Origin: an uncultured Candidatus Micrarchaeota archaeon
Lineage (GTDB): Archaea > Micrarchaeota > Micrarchaeia > Anstonellales > Bilamarchaeaceae
Assembly: GCA_963714085.1 (NCBI GenBank)
Contig: OY970229.1
Coordinates: 832,001-896,000 of the forward strand
Length of the DNA: 64,000 nucleotides
Direction: 5' to 3'
Shown here: piece after piece, positions 16,801-26,002 of the stretch
How the letters are laid out: each line of letters begins with the position of its first letter
Numbering within the stretch: the stretch's first letter is position 1
Notes under the pieces: model-generated
What the model was told of the DNA's origin: nothing
Database searches by the model: none
Seen by the model: the letters and a program-made list of their open reading frames with translations, nothing else
Program-made: the position numbers and the translations under genes

Positions 16801-19800
16801 GAACGGCTCCCTCCTCAACTCCACCAGCGTAAATTTCAACTGGACGTGCACCGGCAGCTCGAGTTTGTTCACGGCCAACCTCACCATTGACGGCGTGCTC
16901 AACGTGAGCGCCATCAACTCCACGAACAACACCGCGACCAACTACAGCGTCAGCGGATTGGCCCTGAGCAACCACACCTGGAGCATAACGTGCATAGACC
17001 CGAACAACAACAGCATAGCGTCCGCGACATGGAACTTCACGCTGCAGAACACCTGCCCGGTGATAAACGCGAGCGGCACCACGACCATGACCGGCAATTA
17101 CGTCGGTGCTCCCAACAACGCTTCACCCCTAGCCAACTTCACCTGTGTGAAGATAGCGGCCTCCAACGTCACCCTCAACTGCAACGGGTTCAGCATCACG
17201 AACAACGGCACCAACGGGACTACCTATGGCATCCTGCTCAACGGCTCTATCAGCAACGTCACCATAGAGAACTGTCCCGGAGTATCCAATTACACCTACG
17301 GCATCTACGTCTATAATTCCAACCACAGCAACATCTTCAACAGCACGGCATTCAACAACTCCTTTGTCGGTATGGACTTCAATTCGAGCTCCAATGACAC
17401 GATTACCAACTCCACCGGATCGGCCACCTCAGGCTTCGGATTATACCTCAATGCGACCACCAACAGCCAATTCGTCAACGTCACAGGCTCGGCCATCTCA
17501 GGCTACGGCATCTACATCCAATCAAGCGCCAACTTCACAATCACCAACTCAACCGGATCGTCCAGCTCCCAGGCCGGCATCGTCCTGGCCAACAGCTCCA
17601 ATGAGACTATCACCAACTGCATCGGAACTTCCAACTCCAGCTACGGCATCTATCTGACAATCAACTCCAACGGCACAATCACCAATTCCTCGGGGAATTC
17701 CAATACGAGCTATGGCTTCTTCCTCAACCAGAGCAACAGCAACAACCTCACGGGCGACAATGCATCTGGCAGTTTCTTCGGTTTCTACCTGGTCAACAGC
17801 AGCTCAAATCAGTTCACCAACAGCTTCGCATACAACGACACAAACGGTTTCGTCATCAATTCCAGCTCCAACAGCAATAACTTCACGAATAACAGCGCGT
17901 ATGGCAATTCCAATATCGGCTTGCTCATATACGACTCCAACCTTACAACTGTGCAGGGCATGCACTTCTACAACAACAGCCCTGACCTGGAGGTGCAGGA
18001 TGATTTCGGCTCCCAGATCGTATTGAACCTCACTAGTATGGTCTTCGACAACCGCTTGGGGAACTACCAGAATTACACCAACCTGAGCATCAACGATACC
18101 GTGAATAATAGCGAGACGTACTCGATCAAATGGACGACAAATTCATCGGCTCTGCCGTCCGGTTATTCCAGCTTTGCGCAGGAATTCGTGAATATAAGTG
18201 TGATCAGCGGCGCTCCGTCTATAAGCTCCGTCACCTGGAGCTGGCTCGCGAGCCAGCTCAGCGGCTACAACCAGAGCTGGTTCGGGTTATTCGACTATAA
18301 TGGCACCTGGCAGCTCCTGAACAACTCTCCGAATACGACGACCCAGACGCTGTCGATCACGAACCTCACAGCGAGCGGCATATACGGCATCCTGGAGCTC
18401 AACAGCACTCCCAACGTGACCTTGAAGGCCCCGGGCAACAACTCGATCTTGAATATCTCTTCCGCAAACTTCAATTTCACCGCGGTGGACAGCTTCTCTT
18501 CCGCAATGAACTGCTCTCTTTATGTCGATGGGACGCTGAAGGGGACGAACACGTCCGTCAGCAACAATACCGCCACCAACATCACCGTTGGCAGCATCGC
18601 TGACGGAAAACACACCTGGTACGTCCAATGCGAGAATGCCGTCAACAACACCGGGACTTCCGCCACCTGGAACTTCACGGTGCAGAACAACTGCCCTGTG
18701 ATAAATGCGAGCGGCACAGAGACCATGGTAACAAATTTCGTAGGCGCTCCCAACAATGCTTCGCCCCTCACCAACTTCACCTGTGTGAAGATAGCGGCCT
18801 CCAACGTCACCCTCAACTGCAACGGGTTCAGCATCACGAACAACGGCACCAACGGGACTACCTATGGCATCCTGCTCAACGGCTCTATCAGCAACGTCAC
18901 CATAGAGAACTGTCCCGGAGTATCCAATTACACCTACGGCATCTACGTCTATAATTCCAACCACAGCAACATCTTCAACAGCACGGCATTCAACAACTCC
19001 TTTGTCGGTATGGACTTCAATTCGAGCTCCAATGACACGATTACCAACTCCACCGGATCGGCCACCTCAGGCTTCGGATTATACCTCAATGCGACCACCA
19101 ACAGCCAATTCGTCAACGTCACAGGCTCGGCCATCTCAGGCTACGGCATCTACATCCAATCAAGCGCCAACTTCACAATCACCAACTCAACCGGATCGTC
19201 CAGCTCCCAGGCCGGCATCGTCCTGGCCAACAGCTCCAATGAGACTATCACCAACTGCATCGGAACTTCCAACTCCAGCTACGGCATCTATCTGACAATC
19301 AACTCCAACGGCACAATCACCAATTCCTCGGGGAATTCCAATACGAGCTATGGCTTCTTCCTCAACCAGAGCAACAGCAACAACCTCACGGGCGACAATG
19401 CATCTGGCAGTTTCTTCGGTTTCTACCTGGTCAACAGCAGCTCAAATCAGTTCACCAACAGCTTCGCATACAACGACACAAACGGTTTCGTCATCAATTC
19501 CAGCTCCAACAGCAATAACTTCACGAATAACAGCGCGTATGGCAATTCCAATATCGGCTTGCTCATATACGACTCCAACCTTACAACTGTGCAGGGCATG
19601 CACTTCTACAACAACAGCCCTGATCTGGAGGCACAAGATGACCAGGGCTCCTCGTTCATATTGAACCTCTCGAGCATGATCTTCGACAGCCCGCTGGACA
19701 ACTACCAGAATTACACCAACCTGAGCATCAATGACACCGTGAACAGTGGCGAGACATATTCTATCAAATGGACGACCACCCAGACCGCGCCTCCATACAC

Positions 19801-22800
19801 CTCGTTCGCCCAGACTTACGTGAACATAAGCACCATAGCCGGTGCGGTGTCCATAAACAGCATCGTCTGGAGCTGGATCAGCGGACAGCTCACTGGATAC
19901 AACAGCAGCCTGTTCCAGCTCTGGAACTACAACGCCACCGGCTGGACAATGCTGAACAGCACTCCTAACACCGTAGGGAACACCCTCGGCCTCTTCAACC
20001 TTGCTCCTCAGAACATATATGCCATACTCCAAGTCGCCAAATGCCCAATCATCAACTCTAGCGGTGTCTACAAACAGGGCGGGAACTACATCGGCGCTCC
20101 TAACAACGCTTCGCCGCTAACGAATTTCACCTGCGTAGAGATAGCCGCATCCAATGTCACTTTCGACTGCAACGGATTCACCATAACCAACAATGCTACT
20201 GCGGGGACGACCTACGGCATACTGGTCAATGGTTCGCTGAAAAACGTGACAGTCCAGAACTGCCCGGGGATATCGAATTACACCTACGGCATCTACGTCT
20301 ATCAGTCCAACAACAGCATTATAACCAACAGCACCGCCTACAATAACACTAATTGTGGCTTGTCCATCTACTCCGGCTCCAACAATAGCATCACCAACAG
20401 CATCGCCTACAACAATGCCCAGTACGGTTTCTGTCTCATCACCAGTTCCGGCAACAACATAACCAACAGTACCGCCTACAATAACACTAATTATGGCTTC
20501 GACGTCTCCTCCAGCTCCAACGATACCATCGCCAACAGCATCGCCTACAATAACCCTAGCAGTGGCTTCTCCATCTACTCCGGCTCCAACAATAGCATCA
20601 CTAACAACTCCGTCTACAATAACGCCTATGGTTTCCTCCTCTCCTCCACCTCCAACGATACCTTCACCAACAACACCGCCTACAGCAACCCCACTGGTTT
20701 CTACATCTACTCCAGCTCCAACAACACCTTCACCAACAACTCCGCCTACAGCAGTACGTATGGTTTCTTCCTCTCCACCAGCTCCAACAATAACATCTTA
20801 ACCAACAACTCCGCCTACAGCAGTACGTATGGTTTCTTCCTCTCCAACAGCTCCAACAGTACCATCACCAACAGCATCGCCTACAACAATACCCAGTATG
20901 GCTTCGACGTCTACTCCAGCTCCAACAACAATACCCTGATCAACAACAGCGCATACAACAACCCCAGTATCGGCTTGATGGTATACGACTCCAACCTTAC
21001 AGCGGTGCGGGGCATGCACTTCTACAACAACAGCCCTGACCTGGAGGTGCAGGATGACCAGGGCTCCTCGTTCATATTGAACCTCTCGAGCATAGTCTTC
21101 GACAACCCCTTGGGGAACTACCAGAACTACACCAACCTGAGCATCAATGACACCGTGAACAACAGCGAGACATATTCCATCAACTGGACGACCAACCAGA
21201 CCGCGCCTCCATACACCTCTTTCGCCCAGACTTACGTGAACATAAGCACCATAGCCGGTGCGGTGTCAATAGACAGCATCGTCTGGAGCTGGACCAGCGG
21301 CCAGCTCACTGGATACAACAGCAGCCTGTTCGAGCTCTGGGGTTACAACTCAAGTGGATGGACCATGCTGAACAGCACGCCGAACACCGCCGCTAATATA
21401 CTGGGCATGACCAATTTCAACCCAGGAGCTATCTACGGCATCCTCCAGTATGATGGTAACTGCCCGCTCATAAACAAAAGCCAGGTTTATACCGAAAACA
21501 CAAGTTACACAGGAGCTCCGAATGTCGTCTCCCAGCTGGGCGGCACTGCTTGCGTGGAGATAACCGCATCCAATGTCACTTTCAACTGCAATGGCTATAA
21601 CATCACGAACAAAGGCGTAGGAGGGACGACTTATGGCATCGTGCTCAATGGCTCCCTCACTAATGTCACGGTGGAGAACTGCCCCGGGGTATCCAATTAC
21701 AGCTACGGCATCTATGTCTATAAGTCCAACAACAGCGTTATAATCAACAGCACCGCTTACAACAATACCCAGTCTGGCTTCGACATATCCTCCAGCTCCA
21801 ACAACAATACCATAACCAACAGCAGCGCCTACAATAACACCTATTATGGCTTTTACCTCGAATCCAGCTTCAACAATACCATAACCAACAGCACTGCCCA
21901 CAATAACCCTAGTAGCGGCTTCGCCATGTACTCGGGCTCCAACAATACCCTTACCAACGACTCCGCCTACAATAACGCCTATGGTTTCCTCCTCGCTTAT
22001 ACCTCCAACAATACCATAGCCAACAGCAGCACCTACAATAACACCAATTATGGCTTCTACCTCGGCTTCAGCTCCAACAATACCATAGCCAACAGCACTG
22101 CCCACAATAACCCTAGCAGCTTCACCATCATCTCGAGCTCCAACAACATCTTAACCAGCAACACCGCTTACAACAATTCCCTTTATGGTTTCGACATCTA
22201 CTCCAGCTCCAACAATACCATAGCCAACAGCACTGCCTACAGCAATTCCTATTATGGCTTCTACCTCGAGTCCGGCTCCAACAACAATACCATAACCAAC
22301 AGCACTGCCTACAACGATACATTTTCTGGCTTCTACCTCGGCTCCAGCTCCAACAACAGCATCCTCATCAACAATACCGCATACAGCAACCCCAGTACCG
22401 GCTTGATGGTATACGACTCCAACCAGACCACGGTGCGGGGCATGCACTTCTACAACAACAGCCCTGACCTGGAGGTGCAGGATGATTTCGGCTCCCAGAT
22501 CGTATTGAACCTCACTAGTATGGTCTTCGACAACCGCTTGGGGAACTACCAGAATTACACCAACCTGAGCATCAACGATACCGTGAATAATAGCGAGACG
22601 TACTCGATCAAATGGACGACAAATTCATCGGCTCTGCCGTCCGGTTATTCCAGCTTTGCGCAGGAATTCGTGAATATAAGTGTGATCAGCGGCGCTCCTG
22701 TCATTGATTATACCGCATGGAGCTGGCTCGCGAGCCAGCTCGGCGGCTACAACCAGAGCTGGTTCGGGTTATTCGACTATAATGGCACCTGGCAGCTTCT

Positions 22801-25800
22801 GAACAACTCTCCGAACACGGCGGCCCAGACGCTGTCGATCACGAACCTCACATCGAGCGCCATATACGGCATCCTGGAGCTCAACAGCACCCCGAAAGTG
22901 ACCTTGAACGCCCCGGGCAACAACTCGACATTGAATTCATCTTCCGTGACCTTCAACTTCACCGCAGTGGACAATATCTCAACGACAATGAACTGCTCTA
23001 TCTACCTTGACGGAGTGTTCAATCAGACCAACACTTCAACGAGCAATAACACTGCGACGACCTTCATGATCAACAATGTAACCGATGGCAATCACACTTG
23101 GTACGTCGCATGCGAGAACGGCGCGAACAACACGGGAACGTCTGCGACCTGGAACTTCACGATGCATAATAACTGCCCGGTCGTCAGCGCGAGCGGCACT
23201 TATACCCAGAATTCGAACTACGTCGGGGCGCCCAACACCGTCGGAGGAGGCACGGCTTGCGTGGAAATCACGGCGTCCAACGTGGTCTTCAACTGCAACG
23301 GGTACAACATCACCAATAACGGGACCGGGGGCACGACCTACGGTGTCATTGTGTCCACCGGCGGGTCGCTCACCAACGTCACGGTGAAGAACTGCCCCAG
23401 CATATCGAGCTACAGCCACGGAGTCTATCTGTCCGCTGACAACAGCAGCACGATAAGCAATGTGACGGCCCATAACAATTCCCAAGACGATTTCGCCCTT
23501 CCATCTTCGACCTTGGTGACCTTCGTCTTTGACACCTCCTACGGCTCGCCATACGGCTTCCACCTGATTACCAGCACGAACAATAACTTCACGGACAACA
23601 CCGCCCACGATGCCTCGACAGCCGCCTTCTTCCTGGATGGCGACGGTTCCAACTACAACAATTTCACCAGCAACAGCGTTTATAATTCAGCGGACGGCTT
23701 CTACTTATTAGGCGGTTATGCAGGCAGCTCCGATAACAACTTCATCAACGACAGCGCCTACAACAACTCGCGGGCGGGCTTCGATTTTTATACCGCCGCC
23801 TTCAACAATCTGACGGGCAATAACGCCTCGGGCAACGCGTACGGCTTCAGGCTGGCCTACAGCCCCGGAAACCAGCTCGCGAACAACACCGCGTCTTACG
23901 ACGCATATGGTTTCGTCATCAATACCAGCTCCGAGGAGAACATCCTCACCAACGACAGCGCATACGGCAATTCCATCGCCGGCTTGCTGGTGAACAACTC
24001 CGGCCCGACACTGACGGCGGTGGGCATGCACTTCTTCAACAACAGCCTTGACCTGATGGCGCAGGCTGCTAGCGTATTGAATTTCACCGGCATCGTATTC
24101 GACAATCCACTGGGGAACTACCAGAATTACACCAACCTGAGCATCAACGACAGCGTGGACAGCGGCGAAGCATATTCCATCAACTGGTCCATGAACACCT
24201 CGACCCTGCCAACCGGTTACATCAGCTTCGCGCAGGAGTTCGTGAACATAACCATGACCAGCGGCAGTCCATCCATAGACTCCGTCACCTGGAGCTGGAT
24301 CGCGAGCCAGCTCAGCGGCTACAACCAGAGTTGGTTCGGGCTATTCGACTATAACGGGACCTGGCAGCTCCTGAACAACTCTCCGAATACGACGACCCAG
24401 ACGCTGTCGATCACGAACCTCACAGCGAGCGGCATATACGGCATCCTGGAGCTCAACAGCACTCCCAACGTGACCTTGAACGCCCCGGGCAACAACTCGA
24501 TTTCAAGCACCTCTTCTGTAACGTTCAACTTCACCGCGGTGGACAATATCTCGACTACGATGAACTGCTCCATCTACCTCGATGGGGTGTTCAACCAGAC
24601 CAATACCTCGACGGGCAATAACACTGCCACGACTTTCACAATCAATGGCATAAGCGATGGTAAGCACACCTGGTACGTCCAATGCGAGAATGCCGCCAAC
24701 AATACCGGGACTTCCGCCATCTGGAACTTCACTGTGCAGAGCAACTGCCCGGTGGTAACCACGTCCGGGACATACACCCAATCTACCAATTACATAGGAG
24801 CGCCGAACAATGCCACTCCACTCAACAATTTCACCTGCGTGAAGATAGCCGCATCCAACGTCATTTTCAACTGCAACAGATTCAATATCACGAACAATGG
24901 CACCAACGGAACGACCTACGGCATGCTCGTCAACGGCTCCCTGAAGAACGTGACGATAGTGAACTGCCCGGGCGTATCAGGCTATACCACCGGCATCTAC
25001 GTCTACCAGTCGAACAGCACCAACATCACGAACGACGGCGCCTACAACAACACCTACGGCATCCAGCTCACAGGCTCGTCGGGCGTGAACATCTCCCTGA
25101 GCAATTTCACGAACAACTCCAACACCGGGCTGGCCATAGATAGCCTGAGCGGCTCCAACACCTTCGCTTCCGACAGGTTCTGCTTCAACAATGTGAGCGA
25201 CATCAACAACAGCGGCTCCTCCAACAGCGGCTCGTTGGATGCTTGCGGTTACTGGAGCAACTGGAACGAAAACAGTCATGCTGGCTGCGCCTACAGCTGC
25301 TCGCTGGTGTGGCAGGAATTCTTCGGCAACATCACCGGGAAGCAGTTCCTGGCCCCGAACCACAGCCAGATTTTCTATTCATGGATATGGAATGGTACGA
25401 GCGGTATGATCTTCGCCTTCAACAGCGGCGTCAGCATCAACTGGGCGAACATCACCGCCCTAGGCAAGAACACCACCGGGGGAAGCTCGACCACCGACTT
25501 CACGACTCTTGATACGCTGCTCAGCATGAACGGAAGCCCTGACAACATCACGGGTCTCTACAGCAACGGAAGCGCTCCGAAGGCGACCGCCAACATGACG
25601 ATATATGGCAGGCCCGTGACGTACGTGCCGCTCGCGAACTCATCCTCGGCGTCCTCGAATTCCAGCTCGACGACGGGTATCCTGTGGGACGATTCCACCA
25701 ATACCGGAGGCCATTTCGCCAGCGGGAGCAACGTCGTCTTCGTGACCCAGGTGAACCAGACCAGCTCCAGCCAGTATGACATCAGGGTCCCGAGCGGCCT

Positions 25801-25855
25801 GAGCACCTATGGCAGCGGGTCGGGCACGGTCCAGTTCTGGGTGGAGATGGACTAA
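13895..25855 (+). CDS. Giant 3986-aa secreted surface protein: S8 subtilase, DUF2341-like, LamG-like, repeated Ig-like and parallel beta-helix (NosD/CASH-like) modules, C-terminal shared domain
   Basis: Hydrophobic N-terminus; LLDTG, DNGHGT, SSGN, SGTS; YSDLRFY...LPYEIE...VWV; TISAWIK...GGIDEV; many G(F/I)x(L/I)xxSxNNTITN repeats; very dense N-x-S/T. Confidence 0.9.
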   Translation: MAKGYRGMLPILLFPLFLSILSLTQLVNISHMAGLNDDFSNLVLQVVNENGTTTVPYTIVGMQDGQWAMVNATLPGANGTLVASAYPDYSYNGTGAGNQTANAGSAAIGQAAYSSGYAYNETLSNASAPENGSGVPSGYENINDFMNQSNISVNQTINGSSGYVNAGPSLNTTNASVNGSGVPSGYEDIGVFMNQSNITVNQTRNISSGYIDVGAFLNATNQAGSFEAISAGTHERGSTKLIQLSYNGSQAEMSADAYDMLADNASVRLIVEGGSGFSRYGRNISTVENIPSRGLHVVTVDKRSLALLLQAGASKIYLDTPVQALLNDSIPLIRADEAAEDFNLSGQGIAVCLLDTGVDYNESQFGGQVLQGYDLLDNVSGAMDDNGHGTLMASIIHSIAPGATIVPVKVLDSTGHGYSSDIIQGIDYCRQVGQNVRIISMSFGGGNFTDYCDSDPLAMAVEDAYDAGILPVASSGNDGGAAITLPACAMNATAVASTSGSDLISSFSSMNGMVDLLAPGEGITAEGLGGPQTRSGTSISAADVSGAAALLVESNSTLEPVDITRIFRTTGIPISYEGVTYPRIDVLNAVMDNATGNPVIPPVNESNGTGVDNFSIAIWTSASFDRCMNITIINVSSSSLANFPALINVAYNTDMQSNYSDLRFYSAGCNNGGTLLPYEIENYTAANAIVWVGIPTMNAANTTISVYYKNNTAVSSGQNATGVWDANFRGVWHLNQNPAGAAPQMKDSTSNGNNGTAAGLTAANQVSGQIDGSLNFTGSSTTTVVVPNSTSTDITGNILTISAWIKPVNQTGGNSYVFQRGNNTGVEQYALVFSRTNTSSGAGSMGAVVNNTIVARSANNSITINNWAYVAFVCNGTAVTDYLNGVVVNTTNYNTTLTSVFESNISFGIKWPNSNAYLGGIDEVELSNAARSAQWINQSYQMQYNNSKWIVFGAAQTRPTTGVALNSPANGSLLNSTSVNFNWTCTGSSSLFTANLTIDGVLNVSAINSTNNTATNYSVSGLALSNHTWSITCIDPNNNSIASATWNFTLQNTCPVINASGTTTMTGNYVGAPNNASPLANFTCVKIAASNVTLNCNGFSITNNGTNGTTYGILLNGSISNVTIENCPGVSNYTYGIYVYNSNHSNIFNSTAFNNSFVGMDFNSSSNDTITNSTGSATSGFGLYLNATTNSQFVNVTGSAISGYGIYIQSSANFTITNSTGSSSSQAGIVLANSSNETITNCIGTSNSSYGIYLTINSNGTITNSSGNSNTSYGFFLNQSNSNNLTGDNASGSFFGFYLVNSSSNQFTNSFAYNDTNGFVINSSSNSNNFTNNSAYGNSNIGLLIYDSNLTTVQGMHFYNNSPDLEVQDDFGSQIVLNLTSMVFDNRLGNYQNYTNLSINDTVNNSETYSIKWTTNSSALPSGYSSFAQEFVNISVISGAPSISSVTWSWLASQLSGYNQSWFGLFDYNGTWQLLNNSPNTTTQTLSITNLTASGIYGILELNSTPNVTLKAPGNNSILNISSANFNFTAVDSFSSAMNCSLYVDGTLKGTNTSVSNNTATNITVGSIADGKHTWYVQCENAVNNTGTSATWNFTVQNNCPVINASGTETMVTNFVGAPNNASPLTNFTCVKIAASNVTLNCNGFSITNNGTNGTTYGILLNGSISNVTIENCPGVSNYTYGIYVYNSNHSNIFNSTAFNNSFVGMDFNSSSNDTITNSTGSATSGFGLYLNATTNSQFVNVTGSAISGYGIYIQSSANFTITNSTGSSSSQAGIVLANSSNETITNCIGTSNSSYGIYLTINSNGTITNSSGNSNTSYGFFLNQSNSNNLTGDNASGSFFGFYLVNSSSNQFTNSFAYNDTNGFVINSSSNSNNFTNNSAYGNSNIGLLIYDSNLTTVQGMHFYNNSPDLEAQDDQGSSFILNLSSMIFDSPLDNYQNYTNLSINDTVNSGETYSIKWTTTQTAPPYTSFAQTYVNISTIAGAVSINSIVWSWISGQLTGYNSSLFQLWNYNATGWTMLNSTPNTVGNTLGLFNLAPQNIYAILQVAKCPIINSSGVYKQGGNYIGAPNNASPLTNFTCVEIAASNVTFDCNGFTITNNATAGTTYGILVNGSLKNVTVQNCPGISNYTYGIYVYQSNNSIITNSTAYNNTNCGLSIYSGSNNSITNSIAYNNAQYGFCLITSSGNNITNSTAYNNTNYGFDVSSSSNDTIANSIAYNNPSSGFSIYSGSNNSITNNSVYNNAYGFLLSSTSNDTFTNNTAYSNPTGFYIYSSSNNTFTNNSAYSSTYGFFLSTSSNNNILTNNSAYSSTYGFFLSNSSNSTITNSIAYNNTQYGFDVYSSSNNNTLINNSAYNNPSIGLMVYDSNLTAVRGMHFYNNSPDLEVQDDQGSSFILNLSSIVFDNPLGNYQNYTNLSINDTVNNSETYSINWTTNQTAPPYTSFAQTYVNISTIAGAVSIDSIVWSWTSGQLTGYNSSLFELWGYNSSGWTMLNSTPNTAANILGMTNFNPGAIYGILQYDGNCPLINKSQVYTENTSYTGAPNVVSQLGGTACVEITASNVTFNCNGYNITNKGVGGTTYGIVLNGSLTNVTVENCPGVSNYSYGIYVYKSNNSVIINSTAYNNTQSGFDISSSSNNNTITNSSAYNNTYYGFYLESSFNNTITNSTAHNNPSSGFAMYSGSNNTLTNDSAYNNAYGFLLAYTSNNTIANSSTYNNTNYGFYLGFSSNNTIANSTAHNNPSSFTIISSSNNILTSNTAYNNSLYGFDIYSSSNNTIANSTAYSNSYYGFYLESGSNNNTITNSTAYNDTFSGFYLGSSSNNSILINNTAYSNPSTGLMVYDSNQTTVRGMHFYNNSPDLEVQDDFGSQIVLNLTSMVFDNRLGNYQNYTNLSINDTVNNSETYSIKWTTNSSALPSGYSSFAQEFVNISVISGAPVIDYTAWSWLASQLGGYNQSWFGLFDYNGTWQLLNNSPNTAAQTLSITNLTSSAIYGILELNSTPKVTLNAPGNNSTLNSSSVTFNFTAVDNISTTMNCSIYLDGVFNQTNTSTSNNTATTFMINNVTDGNHTWYVACENGANNTGTSATWNFTMHNNCPVVSASGTYTQNSNYVGAPNTVGGGTACVEITASNVVFNCNGYNITNNGTGGTTYGVIVSTGGSLTNVTVKNCPSISSYSHGVYLSADNSSTISNVTAHNNSQDDFALPSSTLVTFVFDTSYGSPYGFHLITSTNNNFTDNTAHDASTAAFFLDGDGSNYNNFTSNSVYNSADGFYLLGGYAGSSDNNFINDSAYNNSRAGFDFYTAAFNNLTGNNASGNAYGFRLAYSPGNQLANNTASYDAYGFVINTSSEENILTNDSAYGNSIAGLLVNNSGPTLTAVGMHFFNNSLDLMAQAASVLNFTGIVFDNPLGNYQNYTNLSINDSVDSGEAYSINWSMNTSTLPTGYISFAQEFVNITMTSGSPSIDSVTWSWIASQLSGYNQSWFGLFDYNGTWQLLNNSPNTTTQTLSITNLTASGIYGILELNSTPNVTLNAPGNNSISSTSSVTFNFTAVDNISTTMNCSIYLDGVFNQTNTSTGNNTATTFTINGISDGKHTWYVQCENAANNTGTSAIWNFTVQSNCPVVTTSGTYTQSTNYIGAPNNATPLNNFTCVKIAASNVIFNCNRFNITNNGTNGTTYGMLVNGSLKNVTIVNCPGVSGYTTGIYVYQSNSTNITNDGAYNNTYGIQLTGSSGVNISLSNFTNNSNTGLAIDSLSGSNTFASDRFCFNNVSDINNSGSSNSGSLDACGYWSNWNENSHAGCAYSCSLVWQEFFGNITGKQFLAPNHSQIFYSWIWNGTSGMIFAFNSGVSINWANITALGKNTTGGSSTTDFTTLDTLLSMNGSPDNITGLYSNGSAPKATANMTIYGRPVTYVPLANSSSASSNSSSTTGILWDDSTNTGGHFASGSNVVFVTQVNQTSSSQYDIRVPSGLSTYGSGSGTVQFWVEMD
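14285..14536 (+). repeat. Two imperfect copies with a 47-codon period
   Basis: NGSGVPSGYE.I..FMNQSNI.VNQT.N.SSGY occurs twice. Confidence 0.8.
17133..19623 (+). repeat. Apparently exact 853-bp direct repeat (17133-17985 = 18771-19623, offset 1638)
   Basis: Ends aligned by eye; identical shadow ORFs at offset 1638 in the ORF track. Confidence 0.9.
17956..22698 (+). repeat. About 261-bp direct repeat (17956-18216 and 22438-22698)
   Basis: Same DNA encoding GMHFYNNSPDLEVQDDFGSQ...ISVISGAP at offset 4482. Confidence 0.85.
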
Positions 25856-26002
25856 GAGCGGGCCGGTGAAACTTTTTCGTCTTGTGGGCGGCGCCCCGGA
25901 ATCTCGCATAGGGTATTATATTAACAAGGATGAAAAAAAAGATTGCAGAACTCCGCGATTCCTACGACGATTGGAATTGCTGGTTCCCTTGCAGGTGCTG
26001 AT

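Noticed and set aside
20290..22400. Regular short repeats resembling a CRISPR array
   Set aside because: They are degenerate in-frame beta-helix codons inside the giant ORF, with no constant repeat/spacer structure.
17133..24500. Diversity-generating retroelement template/variable repeats
   Set aside because: No reverse transcriptase is seen, and the copies are identical or differ without an obvious adenine-specific pattern.
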